Shown: positions 50,481 through 63,339 of the stretch, piece by piece
Layout of the letters: every line of letters starts with the position of its first letter
How positions within the stretch are numbered: position 1 is the first letter of the stretch
NCBI RefSeq assembly: GCF_037042905.1
Contig: NW_026974140.1
Coordinates: forward strand, 1,180,001-1,244,000
Origin: Lytechinus pictus
Taxonomy: Eukaryota
Length of the DNA stretch: 64,000 nt
Reading direction: 5' to 3'
Position numbers and translations under genes: made by a program
The notes under the pieces: generated by a model
Told to the model about the DNA's origin: nothing
The model's input: the letters and a program-made list of their open reading frames with translations, nothing else
Database searches by the model: none

Positions 50481-51000
50481 TTGACTTCCCTGAGCCGGCA
50501 AGTTTACGACGTACACGCATAACTTCTGCACGCTTCCGATACGAGATGAATTTCACAATTATTGCACGGGGCTTGTTGTTTCTCGGTTTACCCACCCGAT
50601 GACTTCTTTCAAGATCAGCTTTAGATAAATCAACTCCAATGTGCGATGCTACTTGAATGACTAAGTCGTCAGTATTTTCCCCTGCGATTTCCTGGATTCC
50701 GAAGAAACGTAGACTGTTTCTCCTTTCATATTGCTACTGGTGGTTGAGACGATGTTGTAGACGCTCAATGTTGTTGTTTTGTTTCTCTACTTGGGATTGA
50801 AGATGTTGAATTTCCTTATCCTTACTCTTTAGTGTAGATTCCAGTTCCAAGATGCTTCCTTCCTGCTTTTCAAGGGTCTCCCTCATCTCAGACATATGTT
50901 TAGCCAGTTGAGATTCAATGACACCTAGGAATCTAGGGTCATTTACAATGTCCTTTATTATTGCAGATACTTTCTCTTTTCCTCGAGTTGCATCAGCCAT
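50481..51000 (-). pseudogene. Outer LINE ORF1, N-terminal part (one nonsense codon at 50734-50736)
   Basis: MADATRG...coiled coil...Q*QYERRNSLRFFGI...DLERSHRVG...PRAIIVKFISY...GSGKSI; continues at 41957. Confidence 0.85.
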
Positions 51001-51482
51001 TGAAGATTAGTATAATAGTTGTTGATAAGAGAAGATGGATTGAACAGTAAAGTAAGAAGACAAAATCAAACGACAACGTTGTTCGAAAATGAATGGAGTT
51101 TGCGAAAAGTAGTAAATCTACTCACAAGTCACAATTGCATCAACAGAATGAAGGTGCGGGACCGTAGAGAAGAAATGCAGTAATGGCTATACGTGGCAAG
51201 AAACGAGGCAAATCTTGAATATAATGTATAAATCCAAAGCAGAATAGAAATATAGATGTACTCCTGATAGATGGTTGTTAAATCTAAAGTTCACATATTA
51301 ATATCTGGTATCAAAGTTGGCGAAAGGCGATAAAAAGATGATTTTTTAGCAGGAAATGTAATAAAGTCAGTCCGTGACGAAATTTAAACAGTGATTAGCA
51401 CCATAAAGCGAGTTGTGCAACTTCGGATTTGAATTTTTTCCAAAGCGCTTGCATGCTATACTCTCGCGGAAAAGAGCCTATA

Positions 51483-52243
51483 CCCTTACAAAAAATTCCT
51501 GCAGTACTTTAGTGGTACTCTGTTCTACATGTGTGATACTTCTGTTGTACATGACGGTACCACAGAATGACGACAGGCGTTCTGTGGTATCACTGTGATG
51601 TTCTGTCATACTTCTGTGGTACATGACAATTTGAAAATTTCCTGCAGTACCTTAATAATGGTATACTCTGTTGTATCTGTGTGATACTTCTGTTGTACAT
51701 GACGGTACCACAGAATGACGAAAGATGTTCTGTGGTATCACTCTGTGATAGTTCTGTCATATTTCTGTGGTACATGAAAGTTTCAAACATTCCTGCCGTA
51801 CATTAATGGTACTCTGTTGTACCTGTGTGATTGTACATAACGGTATAAATAATAACGACAGACGTTCTGTGGTATCACTCTGTGATAGTTCTGTCATACT
51901 TCTGTTGTACATGAAAATTCCAAAATATCCTGCAGTACTTTTATGGAAACCCTGCGATACTTCTGTGATACATGAAAATTTTAAAATTTCCTGTAGTACT
52001 ACTTAAAGGCACTTCTAAAATTCTATGGCAACCATGTGATACTTTAAATTCAAAAATTCCTGCTGTATTTTCAAAATATCCTACGGTACTTATCAGGCAG
52101 CCATCCCAGAAATATGACTGAAACTGTATCACAGACGTTCTGTAGTATTTTCTGTGGTACATGAAAAATTTAGTTTCCTTCAGTACTTGTATGGAAGCCC
52201 TGTTGTACCACAGATTTAAAAAAAGTTTTATTTTCAGTTAGGG
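51483..52243. mobile_element. Decayed CCCTTACAAAAA-type (CMC-like) non-autonomous element with internal repeats
   Basis: Left end CCCTTACAAAAAATTCCTG resembles the TIR at 27676. TTCTGT(G/T)GTACATGA recurs internally. The right end (...TTAGGG) is degenerate. Confidence 0.55.
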
Positions 52244-52469
52244 ATTTATCTTTTTTTCAGTTTCGCGAGAGGTCAGTAGCGTAATGAGTCTTATTTTTTT
52301 ATTAGGCCATGGCTTAAAGGGCACCATTCATTTTGAAAAGTACAATTTTTAAATATAAAAATTTAATTTTGTGATAGCTAGATTTTCACTTATTTAAAAA
52401 TTATATGTTTCACCATGTTTTTTCTTTTCCCTATTTTCTCCTCTCTTTGTTGTTGTTGTTTTGTTTTTT

Positions 52470-52635
52470 TTTTTGTTAACAAGTTCACACCTAGTTACCA
52501 ATAATGCATATAACATTTCCATTTATTTGAAAGCAGGGTAAAAGAGCATTGTAGATTAAATGCCTTGCTCACTGGCATAGCTGCCGCGGCCGGGGATCGA
52601 ACCCCGGACTTTTTCATGTATAGCCAGGCGCCCTA
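52470..52635 (-). mobile_element. tRNA-derived SINE (second family)
   Basis: On -: GGTGCCGTGGCCGAGTGG (A box)...GGTTCGATCCCC (B box)...GAGCAAGGCATTTA..., ending in an A-rich tail. Confidence 0.75.
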
Positions 52636-53147
52636 GACCACTCGGCCACGGCACCTTTGTTGTGAAACTGTGTTGGGGTCCATGGCCCCCAACGGTAAGT
52701 CCCATGTGTAGGCCTGCATGCAGCGAGGGGGATGGTTGTAGTACTGAGACTCGGAAGTTTTAAGTTTGATAGCTTTCTTCAAGAAAGGGTATTACGTACT
52801 AGATCAAAACTGAGGAGCAAAGCGTGAACTGAAAATAAATTGACCCCAAAATGAGCAGCTTTTGAGGACTCTTGTCCGTTTTCAGGGTTATTTCTCTATC
52901 ATGCACTCTTTTAAAATTATTGGTTATGTTTGTTCGCCACTTATTTTTCATCAAAAATCAGGATAAAGAATAAAAAGTGACATTTAAAAGGGTACGTGTT
53001 AAAATAAACAGGACACACCTAACACCCTTAGAGCTTGGTTGCGAGGAGGCCGGGTTACATTTCAAACGATATTGTAATGAATAAAAACATAAACATGAAC
53101 GTATTATTCTACTTCATCTCTTTCTAACGATACAAGAAAAGAATTAA

Positions 53148-53734
53148 AGGGAGGGTCATCCAGGCTAGAGATATTTATATCTCAATAAATAGAGTAAAAT
53201 TCACAGAGCAAAATGCTGAAAATTTGATCAAAATCGGATGACAAATAACGAAGTTAAGTTGAATTTTAAAGATTTGCAATATTCCGACGAAACAGTTTTA
53301 TTTAGGCATGTCTTCATGAATATTCATTAGGTTGGATGATGATGTCATATCCCCATTTTCTTTTGTATATTATATGAAATTAGGTTTATTCAACATATTT
53401 CTACCAAGAACTTAAACAATTGGATTGAAAACTGATATTGCATTAGTTATCTAATGCAGCAACTTATTTCATCACATTGGAGACACATGTATTGAAAAAA
53501 TGAAACAATTATAATTTCATGTTTAACATAAAAAAGGAAAATGGGGATGTCACATCATCAGCCCACCAAATGAATATTCATGACGATGTCCACATATCTA
53601 TTTTCACAAAATATTGATAAACTTAGTTCAATAACTTCGTTATTTGTTATCCGATTTTGATGAAATTGTCATATTTTGCTTTGTGAATTTTACTCTATTT
53701 ATTTAGAAATAAATATTTCAGACCGGACCATCCC
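53148..53734. mobile_element. TTAA-flanked MITE with long TIRs (Kolobok-like)
   Basis: TTAA on both sides; inverted AATAAATAGAGTAAAATTCACA...TGTGAATTTTACTCTATTTATT and ATCAAAATCGGAT...ATCCGATTTTGAT. Confidence 0.75.
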
Positions 53735-55637
53735 TTAAGGTTCATGAAATAACAATTAACATCAGGAATTCAGCTTTGAATGTTGATAAAAAATAAATAT
53801 GTTAAAATGCCATCTGGGATTTTTGTTTTACCTGTTTGATAACCAAGTTTTAATGAGATACCAGCCCCTTGCAGTTTTTGTTGTGAGAAAATACATTTTT
53901 CAATTTTCTATCTATTTCAAAAAATATTTTTTAGTAAAAAGGGACTTTTTTCTTACTATTTTTACAAATGAAATTTCTTCAATTTTTTGCTCCTATTTGT
54001 ACAGGTGAAATAAACTAAAAATAGGATATTTAATTTCCATTTTTAGGTCTTCTAATTTTTGCTTTATATCTTTGCTAGCTTGCCATGTTAGCAATGTTTT
54101 ATATATATTTCTTTTTAAATCAAATAAATTTGTATATTTTCAATCTATTTTTCTTATCTATATTGTCATGATGCGAGGCTAGCTATTTTGTATCTATTTT
54201 TTTTTAATTGCAAGAACGATCTTTTATCTCTGTTCTTATTTTGTATCATGATGCCAGTTTATTTTGTTTCTTTTTTCCAATTTGTATGAAGTTTGTATCT
54301 ATATATTTTCAAACTATTTTCCTTCCTCAAAGTGTCACGATGTCATGTTATTTTTTAACCTACTTTTTCAAAGTTTATTATCTTTTCTTATGTTTCGCTT
54401 CAAAATGATATCACTATATTTGCTTGTCGCTCCCCCACCCCTTATCAAAATACACTGCCGGCACTTGATCTAAGTTTCTTTTCTTTTACCAATTGAAAAT
54501 TATAAAGGGAACTACTTTCCTTCGATCGCATAACAGGATAAAATGTGTGTTTGTAAAAAATAAATAAACAAAAAAAATACGCTCAAACGCACGGATTGCG
54601 GCTATCTTTGCATATACGTATTTCCGATTCCGCCATTTGAAAAAACTTTCGTAACCGCTCCGCTGAAGGTAACTCAGGGAACTCCCGCCCGCTGCGCGGG
54701 CGGGAGCCCAGGGGCTTACCGTGTATTTGACCATACTCACGGGACTAGCGTGATTTATGGCCTAAATATTTCTCCAAATGAATTGTGAAAACAGAAATTA
54801 TGCACTTACCACGATTATATGGATGAAGGTCTAACGAGTGGCAGTTTCCTGACATCGAGGCACAGACTGGAACTTCAAACAAACAAAAAGTTCTCTCCTT
54901 CTACCCCAGTCTCGATCGGCCATTTTGTTACGATTCATAAAAAAAATGGCCGATCATTGGCTATTATTGGCTATTATAGCCAGGGCAGGGGCCCGTTTCT
55001 GTACACCGTCGTAGGTATAACTTCTTGACTAAATCGAAGATAGTGAGCTACTTGTCTCCTAACCGTTTCACGAAGCCCTCTTTGCCAAGAAAGGCAAGAT
55101 CGGGGACAACAACCTAACAGTAACATGCCTAACGTCTTAACGAAATATTTGACACCTCCAAACCTTCAACCTGTCAACTTCTTTCTTAATGATATACGGT
55201 AGTGGCATCACATGGAAAGCCAGCAGACTCCCAGAGAGCACCCATGGGTGCATTACGTGCCTAGTCTTGAGGACTCTGTGAGCATATTTTTTATGATTTT
55301 GATATTGTCATTTACTCACGGATTCTTGGCAGAGTCAGGGCAGCCTATCTGCACAGTGGCAAATTGTATAGAACGGATAGCGGTGCGTTCAACGCTAGCG
55401 GCATGTATATTTTGCTTATTACATGACGTCATCCAGCTACTGCCGAGAGCCAATTTATGAATGAAAATATAGTAAGCATGCGCAGTGAAGGGCTTCCATG
55501 GCCCCACACAGTATTCCACCAAAAGAAGTGTGCAATTCTCTATCACCTCGTACCAAATCGACCAAGAATTTCACTTTCCTATAATTTATATGAATTATGA
55601 AAGGTATTCTCGGAGGATCTATTTTCTCAACGATACC

Positions 55638-57297
55638 GCACAGGTAAGCGAATTTCGATTACTTCTTGCTTTTCTGTCAAAATCTTACGAATTAGCGTCG
55701 TTATGACATCGTGTTCGTTGGAGTTTGTAGAGTTTATCACAACGTGCACAAAGTCAATTGATTTCCAGGTTTCGGAGCGTCGCGTGAATATGCATGAAAT
55801 TGCCAAGTCTCGATAATTTTCGATCGATACTGGAGCGATCCGATCACGAACCAAGACCATTTCCCGCATAGACAATGTGACCGGATATCGTTATTGCTAT
55901 CGATACTTACGCACGCAGTCCGAAGGAATTATTTTGGAGACCACGTAGTCATGACGTGATCTGCGCGATTGGCCAATCAGCGGTCTCCGATTCGCTGAGC
56001 CGAGACGGTCTATACGTTGTACACAGTCTATGGACGATTTGCCACTGTGCACAGGTAAGTGAATTTCGATTACTTCTTGCTTTTCGGTCAAAATCTTACG
56101 AATTAGCGTCGATATGGCATCGTGTTCGTTGGAGTTTGTAGAGTCTATCGTAACGTGTACAAAGCGTATCCGGACATCTACCCCCTGGACATCCACCCCC
56201 CGGACATCCACCACCCGGACATCCACCCCCCGGACATCCACCCCCTTAGGACATCTACCCCCTAGGACAAGTACCCCCTAGGACATTTACCCCCCGGACA
56301 AGTACCCCCCGGACATCTACCCCCCGGACATCTACCCCCCGGACATCTACCCCCCGGACAAGTACCCCCCGGACATCTACCCCCCGGACATCTACCCCCC
56401 GGACATCTACCCCCCCCGGACAACTACCCCCCAGACATCTACCCCCCGGACATCTACCCCCCGGACATCTACCCCCCGGATATTTACCCCCCAGACATTT
56501 ACCCCCCGGACATTTACCCCCCGGACATCTACCCCCCGGACATTTACCCCCCCCCCCCCCCCCAGACAGGCTACCCCCGGGCATCTACTCACGGATATTT
56601 TGGATACGGGGGTAACTGTCCGGGGGGGGGTAGATGTCCAAGGGGTAGATGTCCGGGGGGTAGATGTCCGGGGGTAAATGTCCGGGGGGTAAATGTCCGG
56701 GGGGTAGATGTCCGGGGGGTAGATGTCCGGGGGGTAGATGTCCAAGGGGTAGATGTCCGGGGGGTAGATGTCCGGGGGGTAGATGTCCGGGGGGTACTTG
56801 TCCGGGGGGTAGATGTCCGGGGGTAGATGTCCGGGGGGTACTTGTCCGGGGGGTAGATATCCGGGGGGTAGATGTCCAAGGGGGTACTTGTTCAAGGGGG
56901 TACTTGTCCTAAGGGGGTGAATGTCCGGGGGGTGGATGTCCGGGTGGTAGATGTCCGGGGGGTGGATGTCCAGGGGGTAGATGTCCTAGAATCGTACAAA
57001 GTCAATTGATTTCCGGGTTTCGGAGCGTCGCATGAATATGCATGAAATTGCTGAATCTCGATAATTTTTGATCAATACTGGAGCGATCCGATCACGAACC
57101 AAGACCATTTCCCGCATAGACAATGTGACCGGATATCGTTATTGCTATCGATACTTACGCACGCAGTCCGAAGGAATTATTTTGGTGACCACGTAGTCAT
57201 GACGTGATCTGCGCGATTGGCCAATCAGCGGTCTCCGATTCGCTGAGCCGAGACGGTCTATACACGTTGTACACAGTTTATGGACAATTTGCCACTG
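55638..57297 (+). repeat. Internal ~410-bp tandem duplication (55638-56048 vs 56049-56164 + 57002-57297)
   Basis: Both units begin GCACAGGTAAG(C/T)GAATTTCGATTAC and end ...ATTTGCCACTG. Confidence 0.85.
56165..56993. mobile_element. MULE/MuDR-like MITE built of inverted GGACATCTACCCCCC arrays
   Basis: 8-bp TSD GTACAAAG (56157-56164 and 56994-57001); empty paralogous site at ~55746; 15-bp unit arrays in opposite orientation. Confidence 0.85.
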
Positions 57298-57413
57298 ATC
57301 TGAGTATTACTAGTCCAGGAGAGAATTCCCTTCATATTCAACATTAGAACTAGTGGTCCATATAATTGCATAGACCAAAATTTTATTAAATTGCATACCT
57401 TTATACTCCTAAT

Positions 57414-59996
57414 TTGATAGATTTTGAAAATTTTGAAGGCTTGTAACAAATTAGGAATAAGATGAACAAGGTTCCTTTGGGTTTTATAGTGAAGGGTAGG
57501 ACAAAGTATGCTGAATGATGAAAAAAGTTTGTTGCCATGGTTACCTACAAACATAGGTATCCACTAAATGTGCCATATCACGGACGGACATGATAAAAAT
57601 GTGGTTTTCAGAATGTTTGTACATTTTTATTGTTTCTATCTAAATAGCTTAACATTGACCAATAATTGTTAATGCAACTAATACTCAGGTATGTTAGCTT
57701 TTATGTTTAGCATATTGAATTCTTAACCAATATCAAACTCTTGAGAGAATTGCAAATATTTTCCATCACGGACGGACATCTCGGACGGACATCACGGACG
57801 GACACAACTAAAATACATTGAAAGTACCTTGTAAGAAGTTCTTATTACATTTTTGGGGAACAAATGCTATTGTATTGATGATTTGTACATTTTTCAATAT
57901 GATTAAACAGTATTAGTTGCACAATCAAGTTGCTACAACTTCAATCAAGTTGCTACAACTTGATTTAAGTTGTAGCAACTTGATTTCTATGCTAGATGCA
58001 CAGTATAATCCACACATATGATTGCTTTAAACACATTTCTTGTCAAAATCAAATGTAAAGAATGTCCTAATGCACATTGTCTTCTTTTCAAAATATAGAA
58101 TACTGGTAGGTACCAAATCAACATCTAGTTGATCAATGACATGTTGAATCTTGGTACAAGCATTTTATGATATCATGATGATACATGTTAAAACATTTTT
58201 AGGCATTAATTTTCCAAGAGCAAAGATGTTTTTTAGGTCCATTAACTATTAAAATCCAAAAGATTCACAGGTTGCTGATCCTTATGCTTGTTTGGTGGAT
58301 CAACACTTGTCAGAGGCTTTCTTCTATAAAGTCATCTTTTGCCCATATTAAAGGGGAAACATCCCATAACATCAACAACCCTCATGTATTTAGGCGCTGG
58401 CAGAATCCAAAATTGAAATTGATAAATCATATAACAATCAAAAGCTTACTAAACTTCTAAAGAATGTAGTGCAAGCTTTATAAATAGTATGCATTTTCAG
58501 TTTACCAGATATAAAGCAATTTGCTTAAAAATAGCTCCAAAATGGACTTTGAAAAAAAGTATTCTTGTACTTTTCACAAGCCTAAAGACTGTGGTGTCAT
58601 GTTCTGTTAGAATCCATAGGTGTATACATGGAAAAAATTGATGATTTTTCTGCTTATCAGATTATGCATTCTACTTTCTTCTTTTACATCACTTTCTGCA
58701 AGCTTGTATTGATGAAATCTACAGTTTTGGACTTGTTCTTGCCATTTTTTATTTCCTGCTTTTTTGGCATACATGTAGCTTTCCAACTCTATCTGCAATT
58801 CTGCATTCCAATTATGTTTAACAATTTTTCCTGACAACAATTTAGCCCCAAATCCCCAAATAACAGCCAAACAAAGATATCCCAAAAATTGTGAAGAGTT
58901 GTAAGTTTCCATCCATTTGACTTCTGAATAATTCTCAGTGCCATTTTTCACTGAAAATTGAAACTAAAATTAAACTTGTAATCTGCTCAGCAAAGTTTCT
59001 CATTTGCGTGTATGGATCTTTCCACAGTATTAGCTTATATTGCTCACTTGTCCGTCCATGATGAAATTAATGTCCGTCCGTGATCATTTTTGATTGATTT
59101 ATGATATGCATAAAATGTATGGATTTTAGCTATGTTCAAATAAAATGATATACAGTGTATAGTGACATACTTCTACACACTTTTATTTTTGTTTCTATTC
59201 TGATAAAGAATAAAAAACTAAATCCATACATATTATCCATATCATGAACTCAATAAAAAATGATCACGGACGGACATTAATTTCATCACGGACGGAAATT
59301 TCAAAATCTACCAGAAAAATTTACTTCATATATTTTTTTTCTCCGTATTTATGTTTGATGATAGATTAATGTTTAGAGTGCAAGAACATCCAAACCAAAT
59401 TAGAGTAACTTTGAAAACAATAAAACTAGAGTGAATTGAATTTGAGTGAATTTACTTTGTCCGTCCGTGATGAAATAAGTTTATGATATGGATAAAATGT
59501 ATGGATTTCAGCTATGTTCAAGTAAAATGATGTACAGTGTTTAGTGAGATACCTCTACACCTTTTTATTTTTAATTTCTATTCTGATAAAAAATAAAAAA
59601 AACTCTTCATCTTTTTTTTAATCACGGACGGAAATTTCAAAATGGAAATGTTAACACCTACCAAAAAAATTACTTCCTAATATTTTTTTCTACTGATTTA
59701 TGTTTGATAATAGATTACTGTTCAGAGTGTAAGAACATCCAAACCAAATAAGAGTAACTTTAAAAACCATAAAACTAGAGTGAATTTAATTTAAGTAAAA
59801 ATGTCCGTCCGTGATGAGAAGTAACAGCACCCCCGTGAATAAAATGGACTGTTCCAGTACTTTCGGAATCATCAATCTTCATGAAACTAAGTTCTTTGAA
59901 ACCTGAGATATCAAAGATTATTTTAAAAGCAATTTTGATAGAAATACCTAAAAAAAAAAAATTCACCTCAATGCTAACCCTTAACCTATCATGCTC
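57414..59996. mobile_element. 2.6-kb insertion with ATCACGGACGGACA motifs; right end Sola-like (GAGCATGATAGG on -), left end apparently lost
   Basis: Interrupts the foldback arm at (C)TAAT, which is present on both sides. About ten CACGGACGGA/TCCGTCCGTG motifs and an internal ~370-bp duplication (~59070-59455 vs ~59460-59810). The superfamily call is tentative. Confidence 0.55.
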
Positions 59997-61899
59997 TAAT
60001 GCGTGTAAAGGTATCATAGTTCCCCCCCCCCCCCAAATAAGAAAAATTAGAGTTTTCTTATCAGACCGAATTCATGTTTCCATAAATGTAAACTCTGCGA
60101 TACAATAGACCTGACCCTTGAACCCGCTTCGATATGACGTACACGTACGTAGCAGCATTAGGAAGTGCCGTTTTGAAGAAAAATTCATAGATTAAAAATG
60201 TGTTTAATAAATAATAAAATGTAAATATTGATTGTAAATAATTATTTTCATAATAAGAATTATTTACAATCAATATTTACATTTTATTATTTAATACAAA
60301 ACATTTTTAATCTATGACTTTTTCTTCAAAACGGCACTTCCTAATGCCGCTACGTACGTGTACGTCATATCGAAGCGGGTTCAAGGGTCAGGTCTATTGT
60401 ATCGCAGTGTTTACAATATGGATACATCATACATGACATCGGTATGGTAAGAAAACGCTAATTTTTCTTATTTTTGGGGGGAAACTATGATACCTTTACA
60501 CGCATTAGGAGTACAAAGCTATGCAATTTAATAAAATTGGGGTCTATATATGGACCACTAGCTCTAATGTTAAATATGAAGGGAATTTCCTTCTGGACTA
60601 GTATCTTCTCTACACTCAGATAGGCTGCCCTGTCAAGACTCCGTGAGTAAATGACAATATCAAAATCATTAAAAAAAATGCTTACGGAGTCCTCAAGATT
60701 ATTACATGCCGCCGTCTACAATCGCAACAATTGCATGGCAATCCCGCAAATTTAAGAGGTTTTATAAAATCGAGTCTGGCCTTCTATGAACATGACGAAA
60801 CTTATGAAAAGATGTGAAGTCAATTCCCCCTAAATATCATCAATATCCCTCAAATAGCGTCATTTAAGTGCAGATTTTTCTTCTTGTTGATAAAATATGG
60901 ATCCGTCTTTTAATTTCTGATTTTTTTTGCCTAATTAGCTAAAGGGCGCATGATTTATCTTCATATTAAAGACACTACATAGAAAAGACTAGGCACAAAG
61001 ACTATTTTGCATGTAAATTGATGCAAAGCGTTACGCAAAGTCGGCAAAGTGTCCAATCTTTTTATCGTAAAGACTTTGGCGACAATAACAGACTGAGTAA
61101 AGTTAAAACGCTCCTCTACTTTTAATGTTTTCATTCATTTCATGTTTAATATTATTTGAAAATATGACTCGTTGCACCTGAATTGTACCACTGAAATATG
61201 GAACTGAAGAAGTTTTACTATCACGTATTTTTATTAATCTGCAAATATAATTTTACAATGTCACTCAATTTTTTTTCATTTGATTAAAGATTCAAAGAGG
61301 GATCTCTGGATGATCGAGGAGCAGGTCCAGCATTATCTGGGAAAGATACTACAGGTGTACACAGAAAAGCCCATGTTCATGTACAAGACACGGTTGGAGT
61401 TCATAAAAGGTGATTATTTAGGCATTCATTTCAGTAGATATTATAATTGCAAAATTCAGCAGATTGTATTCATGCAGTGGCATACAGTGTAGTTGAAAAA
61501 CCTTGTCAGGAGAAGTAAATTCATTCTTCATATTTTTATTCAAAAGTTTCAATATGTGCTTATAACAATTTGTTTGCATTACAAATTGTTTGCCATTCTT
61601 GAATATTCGACTTACTTTGCTTTATGAGCAAGAATATGCTAAGAAAGATAGCCGCAAGGACCTCATGGTCCGACAGGTATGTACTTGTACAAAGAGATCT
61701 AGATGGTGGCAAAAGACCTGATTTCTTTTAATTTAATGTTGTTCATGTTGTAATGGTACGTGTGTGTGTTTTTTCTACAGATAAAGCTGCCTCATGCTAT
61801 ACAGACGTGGATAAAAACTACTTGAGGCTGCCAAAACAAGCTGTCCAATGAATGGTGACTACTCAAGAGGAGCCAGAAAGCCGATTAAGGTTTAAAGTT

Positions 61900-62607
61900 A
61901 TCTAGGCCGGGGTAATTTTGGGAGTTCATATGGCCAGGGGGGAGCCCCCCCCCCCCCCCCCCTTGAGATCTCGACCACACGATCACGCTGAAGATTGGCA
62001 CACAAGTTGTCTGGGACATAATTTACAGAATTAGATTGTTATTTATTTTACGCAAATTGCTATTAAGTGATAATGCTAAATTATGCGTAATTACTTTTCC
62101 TCTAACTCCCTAAATAAAGCTCCAAATGTTCTAATTGTTGGTAGAGAAACTCTTTGTGGTGTTTTTAGCAAGTGTACATGAACAAAATTGCGATATCAAA
62201 TCATTTTCTATGTATTATATTATTTTTTGAAATTTCTTATGTATTTCTCTGTTTTTTTTATCTTTCGTCTCTTCAATGAAATTTGTTGGGGACTCTTCTG
62301 CGATCATAAAAAGCATTTAAATAAATACATTTAGACCAGCAAAACTAAAAACAATCATACATTTATGATATTTGGTTGAAAACACAATTTGCATCGACTT
62401 TGTACAGAAAATCACGTTTTTTAGAAATTTTTGGTCTGACATGCACTTACATAATGTTGCATAATTTCAGAACCATGTACCCGGATGACACAAGATTGGT
62501 CTCGAAAGATATGCAAGACTAGAAAGAGGCATGTTAAAAAAAATGTGCGGCGGCATGGTCGCAAAATTTGTGGGGGTCAAATTGGTCCAATTTAACTAAG
62601 GGTTAAT
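61900..62607. mobile_element. Decayed piggyBac-like MITE
   Basis: Right end ...AAGGGTTAA and a G/C-run-rich left part; a similar AGGGTTAA end lies at ~4192-4199. Confidence 0.4.
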
Positions 62608-63339
62608 AACTGGGAGGCTGTTTGCTGACTTTTTACTTTCAAGTCTTGCACATCTTTTGAGATCAAATTTGCGATGCCTGGGTATGCTGTTCCGAAATTA
62701 CGCAACATGTTTATGTACTTATCCAACACATATGCTGTTTCTTGCTAAAAATTCACAACCAGTATAATATTAATTTTTTAAGATTAAAGTCAACTTATTT
62801 AATTACATTTATAATCATAAAAGCTTTAATAAAGTGAAAAAACACCAAAGAGTTGTATAAGAATTTTCAAAAAGAATGAAAGGTATAAGAAAACACAAGA
62901 TCACAATGTCCATTGCTAGGGGGCTAGTCTATTCAGGATAATTGGGATTTTATTCAGTTTTCAATTGACATGACATTATGACAAGATCCCTCCATTAAGT
63001 GTATAAACAGCAAACCGTGCAGCTACATGTACATGTAGGACTCACTGCTTGTCAATTCTATTGTCTGCCAGAAAAAATAACTTTATCAGGGTCAAGTGAC
63101 ATACAGTGTACATGTATAATGTGTGTGAAAGTACATTAAAAATTCAACTTTCTATTTTTATACTGTAACATTGGGTGAACTAGTGATTACTTTGGATATT
63201 GGTTTATTTCATGTATTTGTATTTTTGGATAATCCTTAAAAAATAAAGCTATTTACTTAACTTATGGAAGCAAAAGCCCTTCAAAACCAGAATTATGTCA
63301 TGTACAGCTAATTCCTTTTGTGGGATATTACAATTGTTA

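Larger units (their letters stand above)
55352..57297. mobile_element. Transib-like non-autonomous element with CACAGTG termini
   Basis: Left end CACAGTGGCAAATTGT; right end ACAATTTGCCACTG (terminal TG missing, complete copy at 56032-56049). 5-bp TSD ATCTG (55347-55351 and 57298-57302); the single ATCTG in the mirror arm confirms the empty site. Confidence 0.75.
55262..60701. mobile_element. Foldback (MULE-like) element of ~0.9 kb when reconstructed, with its left arm broken by two insertions
   Basis: 9-bp TSD TTACGTGCC/TTACATGCC (55253-55261 and 60702-60710). Left-arm pieces 55262-55351, 57303-57413 and ~59996-60250 mirror the right arm ~60253-60701. Confidence 0.85.

Noticed and set aside
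55352..55395. Full 12/23 RSS (heptamer + nonamer)
   Set aside because: The heptamer is exact, but there is no ACAAAAACC-like nonamer at 12 or 23 bp at either end.
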